A DNA stretch of 64,000 nt from Eutreptiella sp. 'Long Island Sound 2002' (lineage: Eukaryota > Protista > Euglenida). The notes beneath the pieces are model-generated. The model was not told where the DNA came from. It searched no databases and saw only the letters and a program-made list of their open reading frames with translations. Location: contig OZ038379.1 in the NCBI GenBank assembly GCA_964036045.1, forward strand, positions 9,052,001-9,116,000, written 5' to 3'. Shown here piece after piece: positions 47,579 through 60,100 of this stretch (positions are counted from its first letter, which is position 1; the number at the start of each line of letters is the position of its first letter). The position numbers and the translations under genes were made by a program.

Positions 47579-50500
47579 ACATCACGGAGGACCTGTTTTT
47601 GGGGGAATGGCCACTGTACATCAATGCATCAAGGGCACCAGAGCGTAGGGATCCTTGAATCTGACCAAAGCATTTTCACCCAGTCCATTGTGCACTGGGC
47701 CCGTGTAAGCCCGACCCATCATGTGCCCCCAGCAATGTACACAAAACGTACACGGGAGGGGTGGAACATGCACACCCACTCACACCTACTCACACCGCTA
47801 AGTTTGTATTATCGTTAACTTACATTTACACAAACCCTCTTTGACCACTGTACCATAGCCCCCCCTATGCTATACCCCTTTTCACTGTGGTTTCGTTGAC
47901 CCAAGTGAAAACAAAGCAGCACGCGGCGGTCTAATTCGCAGATGCCAAACAGGCGTCTCGAGTATTTTCTCCTGCACAATTGATCGTCATATCTTCTCAG
48001 TACCAATTGATATCCAGCAGGACAGCCTTATACAACGCACCCGCAAGAATGCGTGCTACCATAAAACTTCCCGAAGGGTTGATCTAGTCAGAACAGCCCA
48101 CTGGTACTGTGGCTCCATTGATGATCCTAACGATCACTTCAACCACTCCAGCCACTGTAGCAGCCATTGGCTTGAGGGTTAAAAAAATGGCAGACGCCGG
48201 GATTGCTGGTGTGTGTATCCCTGTTCCTCTGTTCACTTTGTTCAACTTGCTGCCGCATCGTTGACCCGTGAGTGGGGACAAGTTTCTTCCAGCTGCTTGG
48301 GCTGTGCTTGCGAAAGGGGCAGGGGTTACAGACCACGAAGGAATGGAAGCCCCAACGTGCAGCTGGAGACCAGGGACACTGGTTCTGGGTGTGCAACTTG
48401 CAGAGCTGTACATATGACATGACAACAGAGAATTAGAAGATGCCCCATACATCCACAACGTCACATGTGCTTCAAACGTGCTCATCATGCCATCATCGTG
48501 ACTTCCAGCAAAATACAAGCAGACATCAGGAAAAAGCACCCGAAGGTGCAAAAGTCGGGATCCAAGAGGGACGGCACACAATCAGAAACCAAAAAGAGAC
48601 TGACAAAGGAGTGGACATATATGTTCTCTTTATGATGCCGATGACACTTGCCAGTGTGTCCATGGCGTCTTTCCAAGGGCCTGTGAAAAATATTGCCACC
48701 TGGGTCCCTGCAATTAAAAAATGATTAAAGCCCCTCTGAAGCTTCATATTTTCGTCTGATGCGGGGGTCATGGCATCGTTCATGTCATGATGCCCAGTAG
48801 AAATATCCACCCATTGCGGGCCACACTCTTCTTCTCGATGATCGAGAACTCAACGGAAGGCCGCCTCCACGCATGTTGGCCTCCGTACCGCTTTCTGGTT
48901 GTTTGTTTTACTGCGGTGCACGCAGTGTGCTTTTCGATTCGACTTTCGGCGCCGCGGGGTCCAGGAAGCCTTTTCTGTGAACCATATGTCTCTCGTCTAG
49001 AAATTCTCACTGCTGATCTGCCAAAAGGCATTGGAGGCGGTAGTCAGACCCCTGGTCCCTGCGCCCATCATTCTTTTCCCATTTGTTGTGTTTTATATAT
49101 TTTGGTTTATGTTCACAATCTGGACAACATTGCAGCGGCTTGTATCATCTATCATCATCTCCTTTTACCATCATTTTATGCGTTTTGAGGACTTTAAACA
49201 AACAGGTCTGGGTGCAATGCCCCTTCATTCCATTTTGCTTGTGCCTGAATTTGCCCCATTCCCCCATTTCCCCATTTAGTGGTCATTGGCACTTCAACCT
49301 GCTGCCTACCCGGTCAATCATGCACCCGTGTTCAAATAAAAGAAGCTATGAAACCTACACTTTCGAGTGTATGCCTCAGGGGCTGCGGCGGGCACGCACA
49401 AGATGTACTGGACCGAGTGCAACTTTCGATTTTTGGAAGAAGGGTTCCGAAGTGGATTGTCCCCACTATGTTGTATTGTAATCTAGCGCCCCGTCCTGAG
49501 CATGGGCAATGTAGAATTGGCATAGCCTCAATCTCGTTCTTCGTTTCCAGTTATGAGGTATCCTTCTTGATTTTGGTTTGGTGTGGCGGCTCTTGCTGCA
49601 ATCCCAGGCATCAGATTCCAGAAGTCCGCACACTGTCAGCTACAGGTCTTCTATAGCAGTGGATTTTCCATTTACAGAGAGGGAAAGCACTGCTATTGTA
49701 GATTCCATGAATGAGTGCCGTTCTGAAAAATACCGATGCACATAGGGGCCTGAACAAAAAAATATCAGACAACCAGTTTGGCCAAGCTCTCATCAGTTGA
49801 GTCCGGGACACATTGCATTGCATATGTGGGACATCATCTGTACTAAATGTGATACTCTTTGACCTGGGCTGTCGCCTGAGAACTTGGTGTGCTAGTGAAA
49901 ACAAATATCAAAACAGGCACGGTGCGCGCAAGGTGCATATAGTGGGGGTGTACCAAGAGCCCACACCCCCAGTTTGGAGGGTACTGCTTGCGCGTGAGCG
50001 GTCACATTGGTGCAGGGTATGTCCCTTAATGTGTAGCCACTGTTTGCTGTTGTGCTCATCTTCCCCCCCTATTTTTAGCCGTTGGTATTGGTGGTAATGC
50101 ACATGCAATGGCAACGAAGGCAGCTTTTTGTGGGAATGGTGCCCATGTCGCTCCTCTTATCATTTGTTGATCGCTTGCATGTGTTTGAATCTGCAATTTC
50201 AGGCCTCTTGTGAGTGTTGTGTCATTCCCCATGCTTCCACGGTAGACGTGCAGGCCTTTTTATTCAAATGTGGTCTCGCTATGTCGTACACGCAGTCGTG
50301 AGGCAAAATTCTGCTTGCCACAGTTGTGGGTATCTCAAAGCGGGGGCCAAATCATCAAGATCACATACAAGCCGCACGAGGAGGAGGTGTCCTAGAAATT
50401 CCAAGCATGTCGAACAGTCATCTGTCATCTGACAGCCACCAACAAGTTACAAGAGTCGAAGCCCCAACCAAGGAACCAAATGCAACCAATTGGGGTCCCT

Positions 50501-51429
50501 TAGGGCACTCCAAAATCACCTGAGAGAAGTATACCATATTTTGAGGACCTCAAAGGGACATGATTTTGAGGGCTTCTGATGGGGGACTGTTTGCGGTAGT
50601 TTTCACCCAGTGGCAGGCATGGTGCGTGCGTGGTATCCGGCCACCCCCTTTAGACCACCCCCTGCCTCTGTGGCTTCGCTTCACGTGGATAGGTGCATAT
50701 AGGCTGGATTGTGGTTGGATTGCATTTGTTTGCCCTGTTCGTTTCTTGTGGATGTTTGCACTGTTGGTTCTCGTGGAGCTGGTCACCATGCACCATGATC
50801 TGAAATGTGTCACCATGGTTTACACTTTGGGGATGTGGTGTGTAGCGTACACATTGCGTGTACATAGTGCTAAGTGTGGGATATTTTGGGGAAGCAATTG
50901 GCTAGAAGTCACAGTTTTAGCGATTGGTGCAAGATATGATGGTTGTATGGCGTTGTTGGCTACATTGGTGTGGTTTGGTCTCAATCTTGGCAAGTGTTAT
51001 CCCCTGTGCGCAATTGTCCATCTTGGTTTTCTTAGTCTAATTTGCTAGCACTGCTGCATTCACTGCCAGCTTAGTGTGGGCCATCTTCCCAAACAGCAAT
51101 CTCCTGTATGTGCTAATGTTCAAGATCACCCTCCACATCACACGCTCGTTCCATTATGGCGTACATGGCGCTCACAGTGTGCACTTCTCATGGACTGTGT
51201 TGTATGTGATGGGGGCTGATTTTGGGTGTGGTGGTGCGGCTCGTCTTTCTCAAAAAGGTTAGCACACTATGCACTACCCTTGCTTTGTCACTTAGGTCAT
51301 CGGGGTTTGTATTTTGTCAATGGGTGCTGCAATTGTCACGTGGGTTAAGAGAAGGCTAGGGGGAACATTAGCATGCCGGGCATCTTTTGTGACCCGTGCC
51401 CCACCGGTGGCCTTCTAGGGGGTGCACTA

Positions 51430-51925
51430 AGGGGGCTCACTTAGCGCAATGCAGCTATTTGGGCATCTGGCTGTACTAGAGACCCACACTTTGAGATACT
51501 AGGAGCATCATGGTGACCCCTAGCGTAGGTTTTGACTTCTGATTTTGTTACAATGACGTGCATGGGTGGTATAGGGCACGCATTGAGCAGCTGTTTGCTC
51601 GGTTGTGGCATTGGGGTTTGGTTAGGAACATCTGGCGTGGCGGCCCCAATGAGTTGCACAAGTCAGTCCGTATTTTGTTGCATTTTACACAATTTTGCAT
51701 CCGGAGGCAAGTCCATCACCCCCCCCCCCCCTACGGACCGTGGGAGCATGTCCCGCCTCATGTTTGGACTGACCAAAGCAACTCGGCCGCCAAGCAAGAT
51801 GAGGCAGAGGATGAGGCAGAAGTGTGTGTGTTGTGTTGCCAGAAGCGCTCCACCGTCGCATTTTGTGATGAGTGTAAGTAGCACTATTGTACTGAATGTA
51901 TTGACACCCACACTTGTGGGACCAA
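51430..51925 (+). pseudogene. Decayed PIF/Harbinger/ISL2EU-like (DDE_Tnp_4-like) transposase C-terminus with B-box-like finger
   Basis: YNDVHGWYRARIEQLFARLWHWGL resembles the N..H...R..IE..F..LK motif. It is followed by CVLC..RSTVAFCDECK*HYCTECIDTHTC. Confidence 0.55.
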
Positions 51926-54900
51926 TGTTGTTTGTTAAGTACAATACAGATGACAGTTGGAGTTGCTGAATTCACAGATATTGCTTTATTATGCAACGTG
52001 CTTTGTAGGGAAGTTGTGCAGTGCAACGTGGTCTACTTGTGGGGCTTCTACATGGGAGGGTAAATCTGGGGCTGAAGTCGGGATAGTTAATAGAAAAGTA
52101 GCGCGCCGGGCACGCGCCGGGCAAACATCATGGAGGTGCTGAATTTCTGTTTGTGGTTTTTGATGCTCTTATCCGTGGTTTGAGCTAATGCTGTTTTTCA
52201 ATCATTGGTGGTTGGTGAAAAACCCCCCGTAACCATCATTTTGGCACAGATCTCACAAGAGGAACAGCCATTGAAACTTGTGTGAAGACACACTGGGGTT
52301 ATTTTTTTGCTGGGTAGTGCATCCGCCTTGCTCAGATAGGTATCACTGTACTTGTTGTTCTACTGGTTAATTGGTTTTCTTCGCCAAACCCAGTTTTTGT
52401 TTTGCCCATCTCTCATACTACTTCTGAATCAATCTTTTCCCTTGGTAGGTGTGGGTTAGCAACATGTCTGCTTTGGGCCTCTGCTGCGCTCTTGTCACCC
52501 TCCAGCCTCAGGCTGCACGTCCTATTACCCTTCAGTCCCAGGCTGCATACTTCTTTTTTTCGTCTCCAGTTTCGTGTTTAGACTAACCCCTTGCGCGCAC
52601 TTATGCGAGTGAATAACTGCCCTCAGGTGCATGCATCCGATTAAAAGAAATTCCTTTTTTGTTGACACACAGAGACATAATCGTTCCAGCCGTGTAGTCT
52701 TGTGGTTCTTGAGTAACACACATTTTCTGTGGAGTACTAACTGCATTGTATTGTATTTGATGTTGGATCCTGGGTGCCTGTTGGGCACATGCTTGCCAGA
52801 CCAAAATGACATCTTTTTTTCGTTGAAACTCAGTCTTGTTCTTGTAGTGCGCATACAGTGCAACAACATTGCTTGGGCAAACCTTCGGCTACTTCTGCAA
52901 CCCTGTGCAAGCCCTGCGCTCTGAAACTGGGGGACATAGTGGCACAACCCGGAACCATGTGATTCAAGGTTATTTATCTACTTAATTCAGCTTTTTAGTC
53001 TGCATCTAACAGCTCTTTGTCACTGCTTGCCATTTGAGATTTGTATTTCAGGAAGTTGCATCATCAGTGGTACTGATGGGGCGGCGTTGCATCAGGTGAC
53101 AGCGTGGGAGTTGGTTTCGGCACATCGCCATCCTGCCTGCACATCTTGTGTGTGTGGCAGAACCTGTGCGAACCAGCTCTGGTGTATATGGCCAAGGACT
53201 CTTTGAGAGCACACTTTGTCTACTGGTGCGCGAAAGACAAGCAGCGAAGGAGGCTTTTCGACAATCGAATCAGTGCGGGGAGTAACCTTTCCCTCACAGC
53301 CCGTTTGCTGTACCCGTTTCAGGTGGTGGTCTTGGGTAGGCCACAGTAGAAAGGCTCATGCTAACCTGGCAATACCTTATTCTGCCTCTCTGTGAGGTAA
53401 GAGGGTTGCTGGAGGGAGGTGCCTTTATGCCCTCAGACTTTTTGTCAGATGTGCCATTGCCAGGGTTCTCACCTTGTCTCGCTCTACTGGGCAGTTTCAG
53501 AAAAATTCCCAATCTTTACGCAACCAACATCAGTTTCACTATCATCTTGGTTCTATCTCTTTGCCTTCGACTCACTGAGTTTTGTGGCACGCCAACCCTG
53601 ACCAGAATTGTTCCAATGGAGAGCCCTTCGTTCGCCTGGGAGGTGTGGGGTCGGGAAGCAACATTCAATAAACTGAGCAGGGTTGCTGCTCACCTGCATT
53701 TCTTGTTTGCTTGACGGTTGTCCTGAGGTATGGCTGATAATACGGGCAGCATAGTCCCACACCATGATGGCCATGTTCACTGCCCCCCCCCCCCCCGTTC
53801 TTAGTACTTCATGCTCACTCGACTGTGTTTTGATTCGACCCCCACAGCAAGCATGCACTGCTGCAACACAGCTGAATCATCCAACGGCCATGTACTGCCG
53901 CACTTAAAAACAGAAAAGCTCTAAGCAGGGGTCAAAACATAAGTTTCTGGCGAAACTTCAGTTTCACACTCCGCCGTCTTTTTTCTGCCTACAGCCTTTG
54001 TGCCTCATGCACACTGGGAAGCCTACAGGCGTGGCAGTTTCCCACTGCATACTCTGGTTTCAGAATCAGCTACTCCTCAATACATGTCAGATCCACTACT
54101 GCAGTCATTTGTGGGATCATCGTAGAACTGGAAACCTCTGAACCTTGATTCCGAGAGGTTGTCTCGAGTACCATAGAGTGAGCAGGCTAAGCCAGCTCAT
54201 CTTGGTCTGGACAAAAAAAAGCATAGCCCCGCAGCATGATGACCAAATTTGAATATTTCTCCGGGCAAAGGAGCGCCAGCATATGCAAGGTATCGAGATT
54301 TGAGGGCACGGAGACAAGCTTTTGGTTTTGTCATTTCGTGCTTCTGTTCTCTGTGCACTGGCTGTGATTTGCGCTCCAAGGCTCATTCAGGACATTGTGG
54401 CACGTCTCTTCATGGTGATCAATCAATGATTGCAGTGTGTATGGAATTGGATCTTGCACCTCTTGCATTTTGTGCATGGCAGGATTGGGCAAGGCACCAG
54501 GACAGACAATTCCACTTGGGGAATCGGGGCCCACGACGTGTCTCAGCCAGTCACGGCCACCATTGATTGCAACCATGGCTTGGCTCCGCCTCCGTCGCTG
54601 GCCTCCAAGCAAACCAATTTAAAAGACGACCTCTTGGAGTCTACCGTGTCTCTTATGGTCCTCCTCGTCCCCTGTTGGGCCTGCGGAGATGTCCTTTCCG
54701 GCTGCTCCTGATAAGCCGAGATCCTTGGCGGCATCATGGGTTCCGACGCTTGTTTCTACTGCGGTTGTGGTGCACTGTATGGTGGTATGGCCTTGATCTT
54801 TGGTGACTTCGCCCGCTGTCTCGTTGCCGGCCCCGTGCACGGGATGACTGGCCACGCCACCATCATAGCAATCGGAACCGCCACACCAAGCGCAAGAACG

Positions 54901-55099
54901 TTTCTGGGAATGGTTCGGGGGAAAGGATGGTAACAGGGCAAGAGGGCAAGAGAAGAGGGAAACACAGGGGATGCCAAGGATGTTGCCTAGGTCGTGGAGA
55001 GAAGGAGAGCGTTACTTTAGCCAGGGAGTCAAAGAGCAGTTCATGAGAGAGATGAGAGACTATGTGCAAGGACAGATGAGTTAATGGACTGAGTGGTCT

Positions 55100-55570
55100 T
55101 GGCGTCTCGTTGAGATGCGTGGCCGATAAGGCATACCCTAATGGTTACATGTACCACTATTGGGAATCCGAGGGAATGTTTTGTCAAACGCCCCAGACAG
55201 ACCAGCATGTGCAACCATTATGGACCGTGGCGTTGCCATGATTCCGCTCTCCGAAAGGGGCCGTACTGAGGACTGGCGGAGGACCCAAAAAAAGAAAGCA
55301 AACCAATTTAAAAGAGATCATCCTTGCCTTCCTGCCCTTGTCCAATTCCCAACCTCAGTGGTTGATAGGGTTCAAATTTCTAGTATGCTTTGGGGCCTTT
55401 CTCGAGCAGGTTAGATCTGGGACTACAATTTGCGACACTTGTTCAAAACTAGTGCACTAGCCCACCCTCTCGTGCAAACAACGCCCATGTCCAAACAACA
55501 CAAGGTGTTGTTTCCGCAACTCTTGGACCTGCAGGACCTTAAAAGGCTGACGTGTTTCCGCAACCTTTGG
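55100..55570 (-). pseudogene. Highly decayed Ty3/Gypsy-like pol fragments left of LINE-2
   Basis: Shares DNA with the Gypsy remnant at 59346-59390 and with 60575-60605. AHAGLSGAFDKTFPRI resembles an integrase HHCC segment. Confidence 0.35.
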
Positions 55571-58500
55571 ATTTGGGGGGCAGGGAAGGCGCCAGGGGCA
55601 CCCCTCCCCTTCCCAAGCATAGGTGGGGAATATGAGAAGCTCCTGGGGGGGCACCAAGGCCCCCTTCCTCTTCCCAGCTAGAGCTGGGGGGGGCCAGGCA
55701 GCACAACGTAAGACCGCGGAGGAGGGGAGGGATCACAACTTCACGCTGTCCCGGTCGCAATAGGGAGACAAGCTGCAAGGCCTCGGCCCATGGCTCGCCC
55801 TAGGGGGCACCAAGGAGTGGTTGACCACAACTTCCCCCTACCCCAGGCAGGTTTCAACTGGGGGAAGGGGGACCGCACTCACCCCATCCCTACGCCAGCA
55901 TACTCTTTTCAAATAGCTAGCCCATGGATGGCAGCGGCAAAGGAGCCCCGATCCCTCCCTCCCCTAGGGATGGGAACCGCCATCCTGCCCCAGTTTTTGA
56001 CACTGGTCTGCCGAGCCGGCGCAGTAGCCGCCTTCCAGAGCGCGGGTGAGTTCTGGGACGGCGACTGGGATGAAAACGATGCCTTCTTGAGGGAGCCCCG
56101 CGATGCCTGTGCTCCGCTCATGGCGGCGCTTCCTGATGTGTGGAACTTCGGTGCGTGGGCAAATCAGGTCTACAGCCACCTGCGGATCCAACCCGTCACC
56201 AGCGAAGGCCTGGCACCCCCGTTCCGCACAGGCGAGGGACGCAACCAAGGTGATTCCTTCGCAGGGGAAGGCTTCCAAGCGACCCAGTGCCTGATCAACT
56301 CCTGCTTTGCCCGCCAGCCCGGTGGCCTCACGATACCCAACACCTTCGACCTCCACTCCCCACCGCTGCCGTGTGACCGTGTCATGTTCGTCGACGACCG
56401 CCACTTCCTCGGCAGCTCCCTACGCGCGGTCACAGCAGACGCGGCGACGTGCTCCGTTCTTTCCACTGGAGTAGGCCGCGTCGTCCACCCCTCCAAGCTC
56501 CAATTTCACGGTGTGCGCCTGACGGCCGGGAGCCTCCATGCGATTTCCACCCACGTGCCGTTCTCTGACAAGCCCTCGTCAACCCAGCCCCCGGCCCCGT
56601 TGAAGATCCCCCTCCTCCACGACTTGCCCATGACGGCCAAGATCTCCAAGCTCCTCCAACTCATCCGCTCGGTCTCAGCCGCCGCCCTCCGCCCCGACCA
56701 CCGTCCCATACTGCAACTTCGGGCCCTTCATGTGCACGCCCTGTCCGCGTGCGACTACGTATGGCGCGGAGTCCATTTCCCCCGCCTCCAGCTAGCAGCC
56801 ATGCAGGCCTCCGTGGACAAGCACTACCGGCGAGTATTCGGGCTACCTTCCTGGGCACCCCGGCGCTTCCTCCGCCTGCCGCTGACTGCTGGTGGCCCCC
56901 AATCTCCGGACTTGTTCACGCGAGCCGCCCTCCTGCTGGCCAGTACCTATTACGCGGCGTCCTGGGGCCGCAACCCATTGGCGGCGTCGGCGGCCCGCTA
57001 CCTGCTGGAGGTCAACGGCGTGGCAGGATGGGCGCCAGAGGGCGCCGTCATGCGCCGCGTATGGCTGCCTCTGGGCCTCGATTTCGTCCCCCTACCCAGC
57101 CCCTCCGTCAGCCCCATGGTTATCCACAGCGCCGGCAGCCTGGACCCGCTGCCAGCCCTCAAGTACGTCGTAGTCGCCATCGACGCGGGCCTCCTGGGGA
57201 GCCGCCTCAGTGGGGGCCTGGCAGCTTGGCACCCGAGCCTCGGCGTTTTCTATCAGGCCTGGTGGGGCCTGCGCGCGTATCAGGCATCCGCTACGGATGC
57301 AGAGTGGATAGCCAAGATAACAGCAATGCTCTTGCTGCCGCCGGCCGCGACGGAGGTGTACATGGTCTCCGATGCGAGTGGGGCGCAGCACCTCAATCTG
57401 ACACGTGGCCCGGCTCCCTTCTCGGTCATCAACGTACTGTACCGCAGGGCCATTGCACGCTGGGGCGTGTGCCCTCCGAAGGAAGTCTGGTTGCGCGCTG
57501 GACATAACACTGACAGCCGAGCGCAGCTTACACAGCTCAACCGGGAGGCCCACGAACTCGCCTGTCGCGGACGCCATGAAGCACGAGCGTATACGGCGCC
57601 CTGGCTACCACTGTTGCACGGACGCGTGGCTGCGTTCTGGGCTGGACAACTGATCGTCGACGTCTCCGCCTTCGAATCAGTGCAGAGCGACTCCGCCTAG
57701 GCCGGCAGCCTGCCGCGGCTCCAGCCCCCACCTTCGCCACCAGCCCACGCTGCTTTTGTGGCCGCCTTCCTAGCGGGGTCAGTGCCCCGCCTTGCCCTTC
57801 GACGGGTCTACGCGCTGCGCCTCTTGGACCGCCGTCACCCACCTGCAGCCCTCACCGCGTTGCGCTGTCCGTTCTGTGACGGCGTTGTCGAGGACTTGGT
57901 GGTACACCTACGTGCTGCCTGCTGGCACTACTTGGGCTTCGTGGTCTCCGCGTTGGGAGCGTTGTGCTGGCTGGACGGAGTTCGCCGACGAGTTCAAGGG
58001 CCCGCCCAGCGGCCAGCGTACTGGGTTGCCGTACCCGACGGCGTCGTGGGTCTGTGGGACCCCCTACACCCGGGCGTGGCAGCCCCCCCTGGGCGGCACG
58101 CCCTTGTATCCATGACGGCAGAGGTTTGTGGAGCGGACAATGAGGACAAAGCGATGGTCTCAGAGCTGCTGCACGTGCTGAGCCGCCCAGCGATGCAACT
58201 AAGCCATTTGCTGTGGCGGGCTACGGCTGTCGACCATGCGATTCAAGCAGGGTGCGAGCGACGCCCCGAAGCTCTAACATACCGGCAGTCAGCACTACTT
58301 GGGGTGGTAGTCCGCGTGCTGCCCCGTTGGGAGGTGGCGCCAGACACCCTGTCTGCCCTGCCCCTACCCCCGCCCCGAAGCCTTAGCCCCGGCGGTGGCT
58401 GCCTTGTGGTGGTCGCCTTCGCGGCTGACGACACGTGTTTTCTGTGGCGCGCGCTGCTGCAGCACCTTCCACCAGTGTGGCTGCTGACCCCGGCCCTAGC

Positions 58501-59345
58501 GCCAGCCCTGCGTGCGCAGTGGCCAGCGGATCTATATGTCCACCAGTTAAGCCCGGATGCAGTGTTGCTCTGGGAACCAGGCACCCAGGTGGAGTACTGG
58601 AGGCTATAAAGCAGCACCTCAACAGAGGGGCAGAGGTTCCTGCAGCGTGCGCTGTCACACCGCCCTTCCAGCCTGATGCCGGCCCTGCGTGTGCAGGGCC
58701 CCGCGACTCGCTACTCGACACGGCCCGAAAACGCCCGGATGCAGCGCAGTGCATGTCGTGCTTGCAGCTTAGCGACCCAGGCCCGCCAGCGTCCCAACAC
58801 TATGCAGTGCTTGGGCAGGCGGTAGGCAGCCAACTCCCCCCCCTCCGGCCCGCGCCGTGTGGCGCCCGGCGGAAGGCAGCGGGGACCCGGGGGACGGGGG
58901 GAGGGGGGGGGGACCGAGGGGGAGACGAGAGCGACGCGATGGACGCTTCGCCCACCGCGGTGTGGCGACGTCCAGCCCAGCCTGGCCGGGGCGGCCGTAT
59001 CCGGTGCGTCCGGTGGAATCGGCTCCAGGCACTCAGACACCAGACAACAGACACTAGGGATGGGAAGAGGGGAGCACAAGGGGGCTCCGCAGAGGGTGCA
59101 AAGGTCACCAGGGCCACAGGGGGTGAGCACGGTGTGAGAAGCGGCATCCCAGAGGGTGCAAGAGCCAGTGGGGCCGGAGAGGGATGGATGGGGGGCACCC
59201 GGACGGATGCATGGGAGGGTGTCCGGCGAAGTGACCTGGGCCATTGGGGCGGGTCCTTCCCTCGCGCATTAAGGGCGAGGCATAAGGAGGTGGCACGCCC
59301 TCACCGTTAGGTCCTGTCTCTATGTTGACCTCCGTACGCACAGCG
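55571..59345 (+). mobile_element. 5'-truncated LINE related to the 30122-39453 element (RT, RNase H, CCHC, C-terminal domain)
   Basis: ORF 55790-57700 plus in-frame 57701-58609 after a single TAG. Motifs DWDENDAFLR, GRNQGD, MFVDD, AIDAG, AEWIA, SDASG, LNREAHELA and CPFC..HL..C are collinear with the first LINE. Confidence 0.88.
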
Positions 59346-60100
59346 TGCAGGACCTAAATAGGCTGACCTGTTTCCACAACTTTTGGAACCCTTGAACCAG
59401 GCGGTTCCATTTTCTGGTTTTGGATGACGTCACCATTCGACACCTCGTGCGTGAGAGGAACCATTCCAACGGCATCTACTGTTGGAGTTGCCAAAGGGCG
59501 AAGAAACACACTCAACCATATTCGTTACGAGTCTATTACAATCATCAATGCTAGTGTGGGAAGAGGTTGAGCATCACGCATGCGGTCCTTTCTGGGTGTT
59601 TGGTGGGTGTCGAAGGGGTGATCAACACCTGGTCCCAGCCGCTGTTGCTGTCACGGCTGTCATTCATATCTGTCGAGGCCCATGCAATTTTAGAGCACAT
59701 AACCCCTTCATCCTTGATTATATCTTCAATGACCGGGAGGGGAAAGCGCTCATCAACAACTAGAGTATTGAGTTGGTGGTAGTGAATGACCAAACACACT
59801 AGCTATTAGGCTTGGGCACTACAAATGCCTTTGCACCCCACACAAACTGAGATTTTTGGGGGAATCCCCATCCTGCCGCATCATGTATCACGCAAAAGTG
59901 GTAGGGGGGGCACTTTTGGGGTTTGCGGTTTTCAGAATTAAATGGGATTGCGTGCTCCCCGTCAGGTCTGAGGGTGGTGGAATGTGCCTCACCGATAGGG
60001 GTGTGGTGAAAAATGCGGCTTTTGGACTCATTCCCCAGTCTAGCACGGGCACTGTCAGAGCGAGAACCTCTTGTATATCAGCTTCTGGGCCGGCCAACTA
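59346..60100 (-). pseudogene. Ty3/Gypsy reverse transcriptase remnant
   Basis: Reads WGAKAFVVPKPNS..LVIHYHQLNTLVVDERFPLPVIEDII, DM..SGWDQVLITP, SIDD, LTHEVSNG across frameshifts. Confidence 0.7.
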
